A program made the position numbers and the translations under genes. 64,000 nt of DNA, from positions 577,519 through 641,518 of the forward strand of contig CAVPNL010000004.1 of the NCBI GenBank assembly GCA_963706575.1. Direction: 5' to 3'. Origin of the DNA: an uncultured delta proteobacterium (GTDB taxonomy: Bacteria > Desulfobacterota > Desulfobacteria > Desulfobacterales > JAHEIW01). Positions 20,031-29,321 of this stretch are shown here, piece by piece. The notes below the pieces were generated by a model, which worked only from the letters and a program-made list of their open reading frames with translations, made no database searches and was not told the DNA's origin. Numbering within the stretch: position 1 is the first letter of the stretch; every line of letters begins with the position of its first letter.

Positions 20031-20158
20031 GCCCATTCCCGCCTTAAGGTCTGCCGCATAAACCAATACCCCGTTAAGAGCCTTTGCATTTGATATGCTT
20101 TTCAGGGTATTGAAATCAGGCTAAATCGTTTATGCAGTCAGATTTTAAGCCTAATGGC
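20031..20158 (-). ncRNA. Candidate structured 5' leader (long irregular hairpin) of the sigma factor gene
   Basis: Nested complementary segments CCGCATAAAC 20054-20063 / GTTTATGCAG 20128-20137, CAATACCC / GGGTATTG, CTTAA / TTAAG, CCATT / AATGG, ending next to the RBS. Confidence 0.4.
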
Positions 20159-20229
20159 TGTCGTTTTATAAGACATTGAATCTGTTATTGATAAAACTAA
20201 GTATTAAACAAAATATAAAATTTTTATTT

Positions 20230-20251
20230 TTGTCTAAGTTTTGTCTAAAAA
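20230..20251. promoter_or_regulatory. Second candidate CarH-type operator
   Basis: TTGTCTAAGTT / TTGTCTAAAAA tandem 11-mers resembling the 8559-8591 repeats. Confidence 0.55.
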
Positions 20252-20490
20252 AATAAACATTTTCATTGGCTTGTCAACCATCGCAACCCCTTTATTCTAC
20301 TTTTACTTTGTTATTCTCTAGATTCAGAACTGAAGTGCTGATGGATCGTATAAATTGCATAAAACCGGCCTATTTTAAGCAAGATTCCGCAAACCTTGAC
20401 TCAGGATTAGTAAGTGTTAGCTTAAAATCAGTAAACCAGCGGGTAGGAGCGGTGGCAACTTCAGACAAATCGAGCGAATTGGGAATGGAA

Positions 20491-21363
20491 ATGAAGAAAT
20501 TTCAAAAACGCGCCAGAATTATTATCATCGCTGGCATCAATCTGCTTTTACTTTATGCGCTGGCCTGCACCTATCTCTGGGCCGAGCAGAGCCATTTTAT
20601 TTTCATGCCGCGGCGAGAAATCAAAAAGACACCGGCAATTTACCAGTTGCCCTACGAAGACGTCTACGTCTCAATTGAACTCCCGAATGGTCAAAAAGAA
20701 CGCATCCACGGGTGGTGGATTCCGGCACAAATACCATCTGACAAAACCCTGCTTTACCTGCACGGCAGTGCGCTCAACATCGGCGCCAATGTCGATCATG
20801 CGCGCCGCTTCCATAACCTGGGTTTTTCCGTTTTTCTGGTCTCCTATCGCGGATACGGGCTGAGTGACGGCGAATTTCCGTCAGAAGCGCAGATGTATGC
20901 TGATGCAGAAGCAGCCTGGAATTACCTGGTCAAACAAAAGCACATCAACCCCGATCACATTTTCATTTACGGACATTCCATCGGCGGTGCTATTGCCATC
21001 GACCTTGCCACGCGCCACCCGGAAGCGGCCGGGTTGATTGTCGAGGCATCATTTACGTCCATCTTCGATATGGCGCGGTTAAAATACAGATATCGTCTCT
21101 TACCCATGGGTCTCATTGTTGAGCAAAAGTTTGATTCCCAGAAGAAAGTCGGGCAGTTGAAAATTCCGGCGCTGTTTATCCATGGTACAAAAGATGCTCT
21201 GGTTCCGCCTGAGATGAGCCGCCGCCTGTATGAAAAAACGTCATCTCCTAAACGATTAACATTTATCAAGGGCGGCGGTCATAACAACAGTGCCGCTGTT
21301 GGTGGTGAGGATTATTTGCGCAGCATCAGACAATTCGAGGAATTTATCAGTCAAAAATCATAG
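20491..21363 (+). CDS. Alpha/beta hydrolase with N-terminal membrane anchor
   Basis: YLHG, YRGYGLS.G, GHSIG nucleophile, IHGTKD, GGHN; start chosen at MKKF. Confidence 0.88.
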   Translation: MKKFQKRARIIIIAGINLLLLYALACTYLWAEQSHFIFMPRREIKKTPAIYQLPYEDVYVSIELPNGQKERIHGWWIPAQIPSDKTLLYLHGSALNIGANVDHARRFHNLGFSVFLVSYRGYGLSDGEFPSEAQMYADAEAAWNYLVKQKHINPDHIFIYGHSIGGAIAIDLATRHPEAAGLIVEASFTSIFDMARLKYRYRLLPMGLIVEQKFDSQKKVGQLKIPALFIHGTKDALVPPEMSRRLYEKTSSPKRLTFIKGGGHNNSAAVGGEDYLRSIRQFEEFISQKS

Positions 21364-21385
21364 GAAAGATCTGCCTCTTCACAAA

Positions 21386-21793
21386 TCATATCAGCCACTT
21401 GGCGATGTAAAAGCTTAGCGTCGCAACCAGCGTACATAGAACCACGCCCCAGAGAATATCGGCCACCACAATATTGAGCGGCCAATCTTTGAGCAGGGCT
21501 AAATTCGTCAGATCATAGGTTGCATATGTAAAAAACCCAAAAAGCGCACCCCACACCGCCGCGTGACGCACTGAATCTTTAGCGACGCCCGGCAGGACGG
21601 CGAAGATCAGAATCCCGGCAATATACATCAGATAAAAAATGATGGCGGCGGTCCAGTTGACATTCGGGCTGAGGATATATTTCAAGTTTTTCTGATAAAA
21701 TCCCTTGGCTACAACTCCCAGCCAGATCAGGTCAATAATGAAAAAAACGGGTACGGTAAGTGCATACAGCTTAAGATAAAATGAAATGTTCAT
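21386..21793 (-). CDS. DUF2177 family membrane protein
   Basis: IDLIWLG, YATYDLTNLA.L..W......D..WG. Confidence 0.85.
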   Translation of the reverse strand: MNISFYLKLYALTVPVFFIIDLIWLGVVAKGFYQKNLKYILSPNVNWTAAIIFYLMYIAGILIFAVLPGVAKDSVRHAAVWGALFGFFTYATYDLTNLALLKDWPLNIVVADILWGVVLCTLVATLSFYIAKWLI

Positions 21794-21832
21794 TGGAACC
21801 TCGACTAAAGTACAGTTATCCCAAACAGGTGA

Positions 21833-22270
21833 TTATTTTGCCGAATTTTCAAATGTCGCGCGTAACCGCTCCACCCGCCGGCGGTTGGCACCAAAGTCAT
21901 AATAACCGGTGCGGGATGCAGACCTCACATGAATGATGCGATCTTCTGAAGAAAAGTAAAATTCGACGTCATCGACAAAGTTAAAAACTAATGAACGAAA
22001 TTCAGCATGAATGTAATCCGTTTCAACGCGTATCAGCCGGGCACGTTTCGAGCCCTCCAGGAGGCCGATGAGTTTTTGCCTGGCATCGGCACGATTGCCG
22101 GTATAATGCAGCGGTTCGATAAAACGCGCTGGATCTTTGCTCTGGGAAGAAACACAGTTGGGCGAATCCAGACAGGGCGATAACCTGTTGGTTCCGGCTG
22201 CCGCATGGGTTGCGCTCAACAGGATACAAACATACAGGGACAGGCGCTTTGTAAATAAGTCGTTCATCAT
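21833..22270 (-). CDS. DUF1499 family protein
   Basis: L.PC..SPNCVSSQ, FVDDVEF, IHVRSASR.GY.DFG.NR.R; ATGA overlap with usp stop. Confidence 0.88.
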   Translation of the reverse strand: MMNDLFTKRLSLYVCILLSATHAAAGTNRLSPCLDSPNCVSSQSKDPARFIEPLHYTGNRADARQKLIGLLEGSKRARLIRVETDYIHAEFRSLVFNFVDDVEFYFSSEDRIIHVRSASRTGYYDFGANRRRVERLRATFENSAK

Positions 22271-22704
22271 ACCGGTATAATCACAGTGGGGATTGATGTG
22301 CATTTAATCACACGGTCGGCAACACTGCCGAAATCAAAATGGGCCTCGCTGCCCTGGCTGGCCATAATGACCATGTCGATATCCTCATTCTGGATCAGTT
22401 TGAGGATCTCTTTAACGGGATCACCGACACTGATGTGGCGAACATAAAGCGGGCAGGCGTTTAAAAAATTTTCGCAGATTTCGTCCAGCCGTTTTTCGGC
22501 GGTTTCCTGCTCCCATTGCCGCATTTTTTCGTAATCGCCGGGGTCACTGTAGCCATAAGATGCGCCGAATTCAGGATAATCTTTCAGCACGTATAGAATA
22601 TGAATCTCAGCAGCATATTTTTGCGATAAGGATGTCACCAGCGGCAGCGCTGTTGCGGCGTTTTCCGATAAATCCGTTGGCCACAAAATTTTTTTAATTT
22701 CCAT
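22267..22704 (-). CDS. Universal stress protein
   Basis: KKILWPTD.S, GDP..EI, FGSVADRV. Confidence 0.9.
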   Translation of the reverse strand: MEIKKILWPTDLSENAATALPLVTSLSQKYAAEIHILYVLKDYPEFGASYGYSDPGDYEKMRQWEQETAEKRLDEICENFLNACPLYVRHISVGDPVKEILKLIQNEDIDMVIMASQGSEAHFDFGSVADRVIKCTSIPTVIIPV

Positions 22705-22967
22705 TGCTATGCCTTCCTCCGGGCTTATTAAGTTCATGTTGCGTCATTTACCCGACGAATGGTTAAAGGTTTATTAACCCAATTAATTTAACACCATAAG
22801 CACTTCTTTTCTGTTCGCCAAATACTATTTTAAAATTCTGGTTTTTTGCATAGAAATGCCTCACAGTGGATGCAATAAGAGAACACGGTCACCCTAAAAT
22901 AGGGTCTGGAACTGATCGACGATGATGAGTGTTTTATCAAAGGTTCGCAATGCTTGTTTAGAATGTA

Positions 22968-23052
22968 TGGTGGTTCAGTAGCTTGACCCAGCCGAGGAAA
23001 GGAGGAAACTCAGCGTAAACTGAACCAACACTGCGTAAACTGAACCACCACT
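22968..23052. repeat. 12-bp inverted repeat plus 20-bp tandem duplication
   Basis: TGGTGGTTCAGT ... ACTGAACCACCA; GCGTAAACTGAACCA(A/C)CACT twice at 23013-23052. Confidence 0.6.
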
Positions 23053-23142
23053 GTATGATGGAGAAATAAGCAATCAATATGGAGATTATTAAAGAGACAA
23101 AAAAACAGACAGAAGTTACAGTATTTGGTCTTTGCTGCAAAT

Positions 23143-23289
23143 TTAATCGCTGTTTGCCGCCCCTTCGGTCGTTTTGATCATATTTTCAAATAAGTCCCGA
23201 ATGTCGCTGAGATAAGCCATACAGTGCGCGCCAAACCACCAGACTTCGACCAGCATCAATAACAGTAAAATCGGCACCCAAACATTCAT
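23143..23289 (-). CDS. Small (48 aa) single-TM peptide at the end of the cfa operon
   Basis: MNVWVPILLLLMLVEVWWFGAHCMAYLSDIRDLFENMIKTTEGAANSD; AAGGAG RBS; starts 26 bp after the cfa stop. Confidence 0.5.
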   Translation of the reverse strand: MNVWVPILLLLMLVEVWWFGAHCMAYLSDIRDLFENMIKTTEGAANSD

Positions 23290-23315
23290 CGGTGTACGCT
23301 CCTTTCCGACAGGAT

Positions 23316-24602
23316 CTAATAAGCACTTAAATCAGGGATGAGTGGCTCACGCCGGCACATGGGTTTGGTGAACAGCATTTGCACATCTCCGATATAGCGC
23401 TCTGCGAAACCCGCTTCACAATAGCTGAAATAATAATCCCACATGCGAATAAACGCTTCTGAATATCCCAGCGCTTTGACCGCATCGATATTGTTGAAAA
23501 ATTGTGACCGCCAGCAGGCCAGCGTCCGGGCATAGTGAGGGGTAATATCTTCCAGATGAAATAGACGCAGGTCGGTGGCCGTGGCAATCGACTTCGTCAT
23601 CGCCGCAATTGACGGGATGCAGCTGCCCGGGAAAATATAGCGTTTGATAAAATCAACCGAACGCTTGTGGCGCTCAAACACCTGATCGGCAATCGTAATC
23701 GCCTGCAGCAGCATCACTCCGTCCGATTTCAGCAACTGGCCGCAGGATCGAAAAAAGTCATCCAGATAGTGGTACCCGACGGCCTCGATCATCTCAATCG
23801 AAACCAGTTTATCGTATTTTCCTTTCAGATCCCGGTAATCTCTCATCACCAAATCAATGCGATCGGCCACGCCGGAATCCGCAATACGTTCTTTAGCCAG
23901 TTTAAATTGTTGGTCGGAAATCGTGGTGGTAGTGACCCGGCAGCCGAAGTTTTGGGCGGCATAAATGGCAAAGCCGCCCCAGCCGGATCCGATTTCAATC
24001 ACCTCATCATCGGGGCCTAGCTCAAGTTTCTGACAGATGCGGTTGTATTTTGCAATCGAGGCATCGCGCATGGTGCTGGCTTCATATTCAAAAATACCGC
24101 AAGAATAGGTTAGGGTGTCGTCCAAAAACAGTCGATAAAAATCGTTGCCCAGATCATAGTGGGCGACGATATTTTTGCGACTGCCGCTGCGGGTATTTTT
24201 CCGCAGAAAATGCCATATCCGGTTCAGCGGGGCCGAAACCTTTGACCAGCCCTTGTCCAGGCGCTCAAAGCTATCGCGATTCAAGGCCATGATGCGCAGG
24301 GCGGTGGTGAGATCGTCTGCCGACCACAAACCGTTCATATAAGCTTCCGCAATGCCGATGCTGCCACCCAGAACGGATTTGCTGTAAAATCGGGGATGAT
24401 AGACGTTTATGACCGCCTCGAGTGGATACGCACTGCTGGTTTCACCGAAAACATAACGATTGGGACCGTCGATGATGGTGATTTGTCCGCGTTTTAATTT
24501 GCCCAGAATTCCAAGCAGAAACTTGCGGGCCAATCCATCCATCGAGCGAGCCTTAATGGTTTCCAGCGGCGGCGTATCTGAGGGCATAATCGATGTGGTC
24601 AT
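23316..24602 (-). CDS. Cyclopropane-fatty-acyl-phospholipid synthase family methyltransferase (UfaM-like)
   Basis: NIVAHYDLGNDFY, EIGSGWGG, SIEMIEAVG, FIKRYIFPG, YCEAGF. Confidence 0.93.
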   Translation of the reverse strand: MTTSIMPSDTPPLETIKARSMDGLARKFLLGILGKLKRGQITIIDGPNRYVFGETSSAYPLEAVINVYHPRFYSKSVLGGSIGIAEAYMNGLWSADDLTTALRIMALNRDSFERLDKGWSKVSAPLNRIWHFLRKNTRSGSRKNIVAHYDLGNDFYRLFLDDTLTYSCGIFEYEASTMRDASIAKYNRICQKLELGPDDEVIEIGSGWGGFAIYAAQNFGCRVTTTTISDQQFKLAKERIADSGVADRIDLVMRDYRDLKGKYDKLVSIEMIEAVGYHYLDDFFRSCGQLLKSDGVMLLQAITIADQVFERHKRSVDFIKRYIFPGSCIPSIAAMTKSIATATDLRLFHLEDITPHYARTLACWRSQFFNNIDAVKALGYSEAFIRMWDYYFSYCEAGFAERYIGDVQMLFTKPMCRREPLIPDLSAY

Positions 24603-24607
24603 GCGTC

Positions 24608-25381
24608 TTACCTTTCTGCAATCGGTTTGCGTTTTTTGGGATGATCGAACAATGGCGTTCTTTTAAGCAATAACCGCAGTGCCTGCCAGTAAATCATGGT
24701 GGTGACCTTGGCCGTCATCAGCGGATATTGGATCAACACCCGGTTCAGGGCCCCCGCACTGATCTCGCGTCGTTTCAATGCAAGGCTGGCATCGAAAAGC
24801 TTCTGTCCGTTTTCATAGTCGATCATATGCACGCGAATATCCGTGTCGGGTTCGCGAAAACGCCAGTCATAATCAATATTCATATCGATAAACGGAGAAA
24901 CATGAAAAACCTTTTCAAAACGATGCCGCCGCCAGTTTTTGACCGGATGTTCGTCTTGTTCCCGGCCCAGAACATAGCAATGCACTTCACTCCAGGGAGT
25001 GTTGTGTATTTCGACAACGATGGTTTCTACCGTTGAACCCGTGGCATCATAGCAATAATAAAAACTGGCCGGGTTAAAGCAATACCCAAAATACCGCAGA
25101 TGGGTCAGCATCCGAATGGGCCCCTCAGGCGGGCGTCCGGCTTTTTCGGCAACCAGACGACGCACCGCTTGTTCGATCGGCAGTTTAGGATCGCCGAAGT
25201 GATCTCTACGTCGAAAATATGCGATGTTCGGCCGCTGAAAAGACCAGAGGGGATGATTGTCGAACACGGCGGGCAGTTCTTCCAGGTCCAGATACATAAA
25301 GAACAGTCGATATCTAAAATGATTGGGCGTTGGCCTGAACCGACGATGTCGAACGGTGCCCTCGTAAATGCAGCTATGCAT
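24608..25381 (-). CDS. DUF1365 family protein (UfaO-like)
   Basis: G.VRHRRF.P..N.FRY, FNP.SFYYC, NTPW.E, K.FHVSPF, IYWQALRL..K. Confidence 0.9.
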   Translation of the reverse strand: MHSCIYEGTVRHRRFRPTPNHFRYRLFFMYLDLEELPAVFDNHPLWSFQRPNIAYFRRRDHFGDPKLPIEQAVRRLVAEKAGRPPEGPIRMLTHLRYFGYCFNPASFYYCYDATGSTVETIVVEIHNTPWSEVHCYVLGREQDEHPVKNWRRHRFEKVFHVSPFIDMNIDYDWRFREPDTDIRVHMIDYENGQKLFDASLALKRREISAGALNRVLIQYPLMTAKVTTMIYWQALRLLLKRTPLFDHPKKRKPIAER

Positions 25382-25539
25382 GCGTCATCCTTTTTAAAAT
25401 GAAATCTATTTCGCTAAACGTTTTCATTATAAGCATAAAATTAATTTCGTCAGCAAATAGATCGAGAATATTTTTAAAAGGTCTAAGGGAATTATGGATG
25501 TCTGTGTCCGGTCGAAATCAAATCATTCGAAAATAGTTC

Positions 25540-26784
25540 CTAAAGGGATTTGCCGAAATGTTTTCCAACCACCAGTGCGCTTTTGACACCATCCTCATGG
25601 AAACCGTAGCCCCAATAGGCGCCACAGAAATAGGTGCGATTGACTCCGTTGATCTCCTCATGACGGTTTCTCGCGGCCAGGCTTTTCGGATTATAGACCG
25701 GATGATGGTAATGCATTTCTTTGATTTTCTTGCCGGGATCAACGGTATGCGGCAAATTGAGCGTAACGCAGTATTCGACTGGGGCGCCCAGGCCTTGCAA
25801 GATGTTCATGTCATAAGTCAGGGCCACACGCCCCAGATCCTCTTGCGGTATATGGTAATTCCAGCTGGCCCAGGCTGCCTTTTTACGGGGTAAAATCGAT
25901 TCGTCTGAATGCAGGATCGCATGATTGTCCTGATAGGGGATGGCTCCTAGGATTTCTTTTTCGCTGTCTGTCGGGTCCTGCAGCATTGCCAGGGCCTGAT
26001 CGCTGTGGGTGGCAATTACCACCTGATCAAAATGTTCTGTGGGGCTGTTATCAGCTTGCACCTCGACGTGATCCGGATATCGCCGAACGGCTCTCACCGG
26101 GCAATTGATTCGGATTTGATCCCGATAACCCCGGGTGATCGGTTTGACGTATTGTCTGGAACCGCCATCGATGACCTGCCACTGGGGCTGGTTGCGCACA
26201 TTCAGAAAACCATGGTTTTTAAAAAACTGGGCAAAGTAAAGGGCAGGGAACTCGTTGAATTTGACGGGATCCGCCGACCAGATCGCTTCACCCATGGGGA
26301 TAATGAAATGTTCTATAAACAGCTTTGAAAATCCCTTTTCAGCCAAAAAATTTTCAAGCGTCAGCGTGTAGTCGTCACCTTTTAGAAGTTCTTCGGATTC
26401 TCGTCGAAATCGAAAAATGTCGAATACCATGCGGTAGAACGATGGGCGCAACAGATTTTTGCGCTGGATGAAAAGCGAATTTAAAGAACTGGGGCTAAAT
26501 TCCAGCCCGGTTTTGTTACATTGCACACTGAAACTCATGTTGGAGGCTTTCCATGCCACCCCCAGGCGTTTCATCAGCTTGACAAAATTCGGATACGTCT
26601 TTTCGTTAAATACAATAAAGCCGGTGTCTACGGCATAGGATGTGCCATTCAGGCTGACATCAATCGTGTTGGTGTGTCCGCCGACATAATCCTCTGCCTC
26701 ATAGACGACCAGTTCATGCTCATCACTGAGCAGGTATGCTGCCACCATGCCTGCAATGCCGGTTCCGATGATAGCGATCCGCAT
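25540..26784 (-). CDS. FAD-dependent oxidoreductase, amine oxidase family (UfaD-like)
   Basis: IAIIGTGIAG, GGHTNT, VDTGFIVFN..TYPN, WASWNY, GAYWGYGFHEDG. Confidence 0.92.
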   Translation of the reverse strand: MRIAIIGTGIAGMVAAYLLSDEHELVVYEAEDYVGGHTNTIDVSLNGTSYAVDTGFIVFNEKTYPNFVKLMKRLGVAWKASNMSFSVQCNKTGLEFSPSSLNSLFIQRKNLLRPSFYRMVFDIFRFRRESEELLKGDDYTLTLENFLAEKGFSKLFIEHFIIPMGEAIWSADPVKFNEFPALYFAQFFKNHGFLNVRNQPQWQVIDGGSRQYVKPITRGYRDQIRINCPVRAVRRYPDHVEVQADNSPTEHFDQVVIATHSDQALAMLQDPTDSEKEILGAIPYQDNHAILHSDESILPRKKAAWASWNYHIPQEDLGRVALTYDMNILQGLGAPVEYCVTLNLPHTVDPGKKIKEMHYHHPVYNPKSLAARNRHEEINGVNRTYFCGAYWGYGFHEDGVKSALVVGKHFGKSL

Positions 26785-26833
26785 TTGAATTTCTCCTCAA
26801 TGGTTTAGCGAAACATTCACGTTCTTATTTAGG

Positions 26834-27799
26834 TTAAAGGGTCTCGGCGACCGCTCGATTTTGTTCTCGCAAACCCTCCGGCAAACCCCGCAGATCCCGG
26901 ACGATGCCCAGCAAACTCAGGAGCTTGAGCAAATAATAGGTAATATCAATTTCCCACCAGTAAAATCCCTGGCGCGCGGAAATCGCATAATGATGGTGAT
27001 TGTTATGCCACCCCTCGCCCAAGGTAATCAGCGCCAAAATCGCATTGTTGCGACTGGTATCCGCAGTATCATAACGACGGCTGCCGATCATGTGATCAAA
27101 AGAGTTGATGGTCACCGTTCCGTGAAAAAGCACCACCGAAGAAATAAAAAACCCCCAGATCAGCAGCTGGGGACCGTTGGTCCCCAAACCGGGTGCATAT
27201 TTTTGCAGTAAATTGCCCCCCAAAAATAATATAACGGCCAATAGAACCGGAATGACAGTGTCGAAGCGATTGATCCAGCGCAGCTCGGGATATTTGGCCC
27301 AATCTTTCACATATTGCATTTTGGTCGGAAAATTCGCGGGCGACGTTAGCCACCCGATGTGGCTCCAGATAAATCCGTGCCGGCTGGGTGAATGGATATC
27401 TTTTTCAGTGTCCGCGAAGCGGTGGTGATGGCGATGATGCGCTGCCCACCACAACGGGCCGCGCTGAACCGAAGAATTGCCGATGACAGCAAAGATGAAT
27501 TGCCAGAACCGATTGGCTTTAAACGCTTTGTGGGAGAAATAACGATGGTAAAATCCGGTAATGCCAAACATGCGGATAAAATAAAGCCCGGCTGCCGTCA
27601 AAACGGCAAACCAGCTCCACCCCACCCAGATGACCCCCAAACACATCAGGTGCAATATCACAAATGGAATGATCCGAAACCAATCGACTTTCTTGACAGG
27701 TGCGTTGGATATTTGATCAGCATACGCATCCGCGTCAAACCAGCGCCAGAGCGATAGCAGAAAATTGGATTTCTTTGAAGTGTTCCCCACTTTTTTCAT
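26834..27799 (-). CDS. Acyl-CoA/acyl-lipid delta-9-type fatty acid desaturase
   Basis: His boxes HRYFSH, HRHHH..D...D.HSP, GEGWHNNHH. Confidence 0.93.
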   Translation of the reverse strand: MKKVGNTSKKSNFLLSLWRWFDADAYADQISNAPVKKVDWFRIIPFVILHLMCLGVIWVGWSWFAVLTAAGLYFIRMFGITGFYHRYFSHKAFKANRFWQFIFAVIGNSSVQRGPLWWAAHHRHHHRFADTEKDIHSPSRHGFIWSHIGWLTSPANFPTKMQYVKDWAKYPELRWINRFDTVIPVLLAVILFLGGNLLQKYAPGLGTNGPQLLIWGFFISSVVLFHGTVTINSFDHMIGSRRYDTADTSRNNAILALITLGEGWHNNHHHYAISARQGFYWWEIDITYYLLKLLSLLGIVRDLRGLPEGLREQNRAVAETL

Positions 27800-27913
27800 T
27801 GAGCAAGCTTATCTGAAAATAGTGATTTCAGTTTACTCCAAATATCCCCGATGATCGCATTCACAACTTTTCTGTAATGGAATTTATTAAAAAATACAAC
27901 AATCATATCATTG

Positions 27914-28630
27914 TTACCGAAAGGTTCTCAGAGCGCTCATGCCTCCATCGATGTGAATAATCTGACCGGTCAGCCAGGTACTGGCATCCGAGAGTAAATA
28001 GATGGCTAAACCGGCAATTTCCTGTGGTGTTCCGATGCGTTTTAAGGGATGACGATCAGCCGATGCCTGACGTTTTTCTTCGCTGGACAATAAATTTTGG
28101 GCCAGGGGCGTATCGGTCAAAGACGGGGCGATGGCGTTAAATCGGATACGGGGCGCAAATTCAGCGGCCAATGATCGCGTAAGTCCCTCCACAGCCGCTT
28201 TGGCGCCGGCGACGGAGGCATGAAATGGCATGCCCGTTTTTACAGCCACCGTGCTGAATAAGACAACCGACGCTCCTGTTTTTGACTTTCTTAGACGGGT
28301 TAAGCAGGCTTGAATGGTCCTCACCGCGCCCAGAAAATTAACCTGAAGATCTTTTAAGAAATCATCGATCGTCAGACGCTGAAAGGGTTTGAGCTGGATG
28401 GTCCCCGGACAATAAACGATTCCATTTAATACTTCTGGTAGTCCTTCGAGATTAAGCGGGTCCGCCGTCACATCCAGCGGCAAATGATGCACGCCAGCAA
28501 GTTCGGCCAGTTGATCATTGGTTCGTGAACCCACGTAGACTTCGTTACCTTTTTCATGAAGCGCTTTGACAATTTCCAGACCAATGCCGGAACTGCCACC
28601 CACAATAAGAAAATGTTTCTCGTCCATCAT
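27914..28630 (-). CDS. SDR family oxidoreductase
   Basis: GGSSGIG, H.S...AK.A.EGL.RSLAAE, HPL.RIG. Confidence 0.9.
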   Translation of the reverse strand: MMDEKHFLIVGGSSGIGLEIVKALHEKGNEVYVGSRTNDQLAELAGVHHLPLDVTADPLNLEGLPEVLNGIVYCPGTIQLKPFQRLTIDDFLKDLQVNFLGAVRTIQACLTRLRKSKTGASVVLFSTVAVKTGMPFHASVAGAKAAVEGLTRSLAAEFAPRIRFNAIAPSLTDTPLAQNLLSSEEKRQASADRHPLKRIGTPQEIAGLAIYLLSDASTWLTGQIIHIDGGMSALRTFR

Positions 28631-28720
28631 TCACCTTCCTCAAATTGTCGTTTTCTTTATTTGCAGTAAATTGGCATCTTTTATGATGCTAAATTCATTT
28701 TCTGTACAGAAAATTCAAAA

Positions 28721-29167
28721 TCATTGATTTTTCCGCTGCATTTCTCTTTGGCGCATCGGCATCGAGTCGATCAATCCAAAAACGTCGCTTAAATCAACTC
28801 GATCCTCACTTTTGAGTTTGATGCCGCCGTCTTTGCCGACCAGAATGAGGTTGAATGTATTGCTGGGTATGGCAAAGTGAGTGCGTATCGAATCGGCTTC
28901 CTTTCGATCCAAAGGACTATTATTCATTCGGGCAGGACCTTGCGCCGGCACCTCAAAAACAATCAAATCCCGGTCGTCTACTTCAGCTTTTTGAGCCATA
29001 ATTTGGCCTTGTAGATTCTTAAAGAAAGGATCGTTGGCATCTTCGGCAAAAAGAAAAAGCAGCCGGTTTTTCCACTGGAACTGCGTTAAATCCATAGACA
29101 ATGCCTCCTCGGGAGCCCAAACAGTTAAACCAATCAAAATCAAAAAAACAACGACAAATCTTCTCAT
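28721..29167 (-). CDS. DUF4174 family exported protein
   Basis: W.NR.L.LFA, LVGKDGG.K, F..IDSMPMR..EM. Confidence 0.85.
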   Translation of the reverse strand: MRRFVVVFLILIGLTVWAPEEALSMDLTQFQWKNRLLFLFAEDANDPFFKNLQGQIMAQKAEVDDRDLIVFEVPAQGPARMNNSPLDRKEADSIRTHFAIPSNTFNLILVGKDGGIKLKSEDRVDLSDVFGLIDSMPMRQREMQRKNQ

Positions 29168-29321
29168 AGCTATATTTCGCCCTTTTTTTGTATGAATTCT
29201 GTTTGCAAATTCTAATTTACTGCGCATTATTGTTTATACATTAACGCATTACTTTGACTTGTAAAGATCTTTTCACTAACCGGAATCTGAATCAATAAGA
29301 CCTTAGCACTTACGTAAGCCA

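Noticed and set aside
29188..29220. Third CarH operator before DUF4174
   Set aside because: TGT recurs at 11-bp spacing but the conserved T of nAnnTnnACAn is missing in each unit, in an AT-rich background
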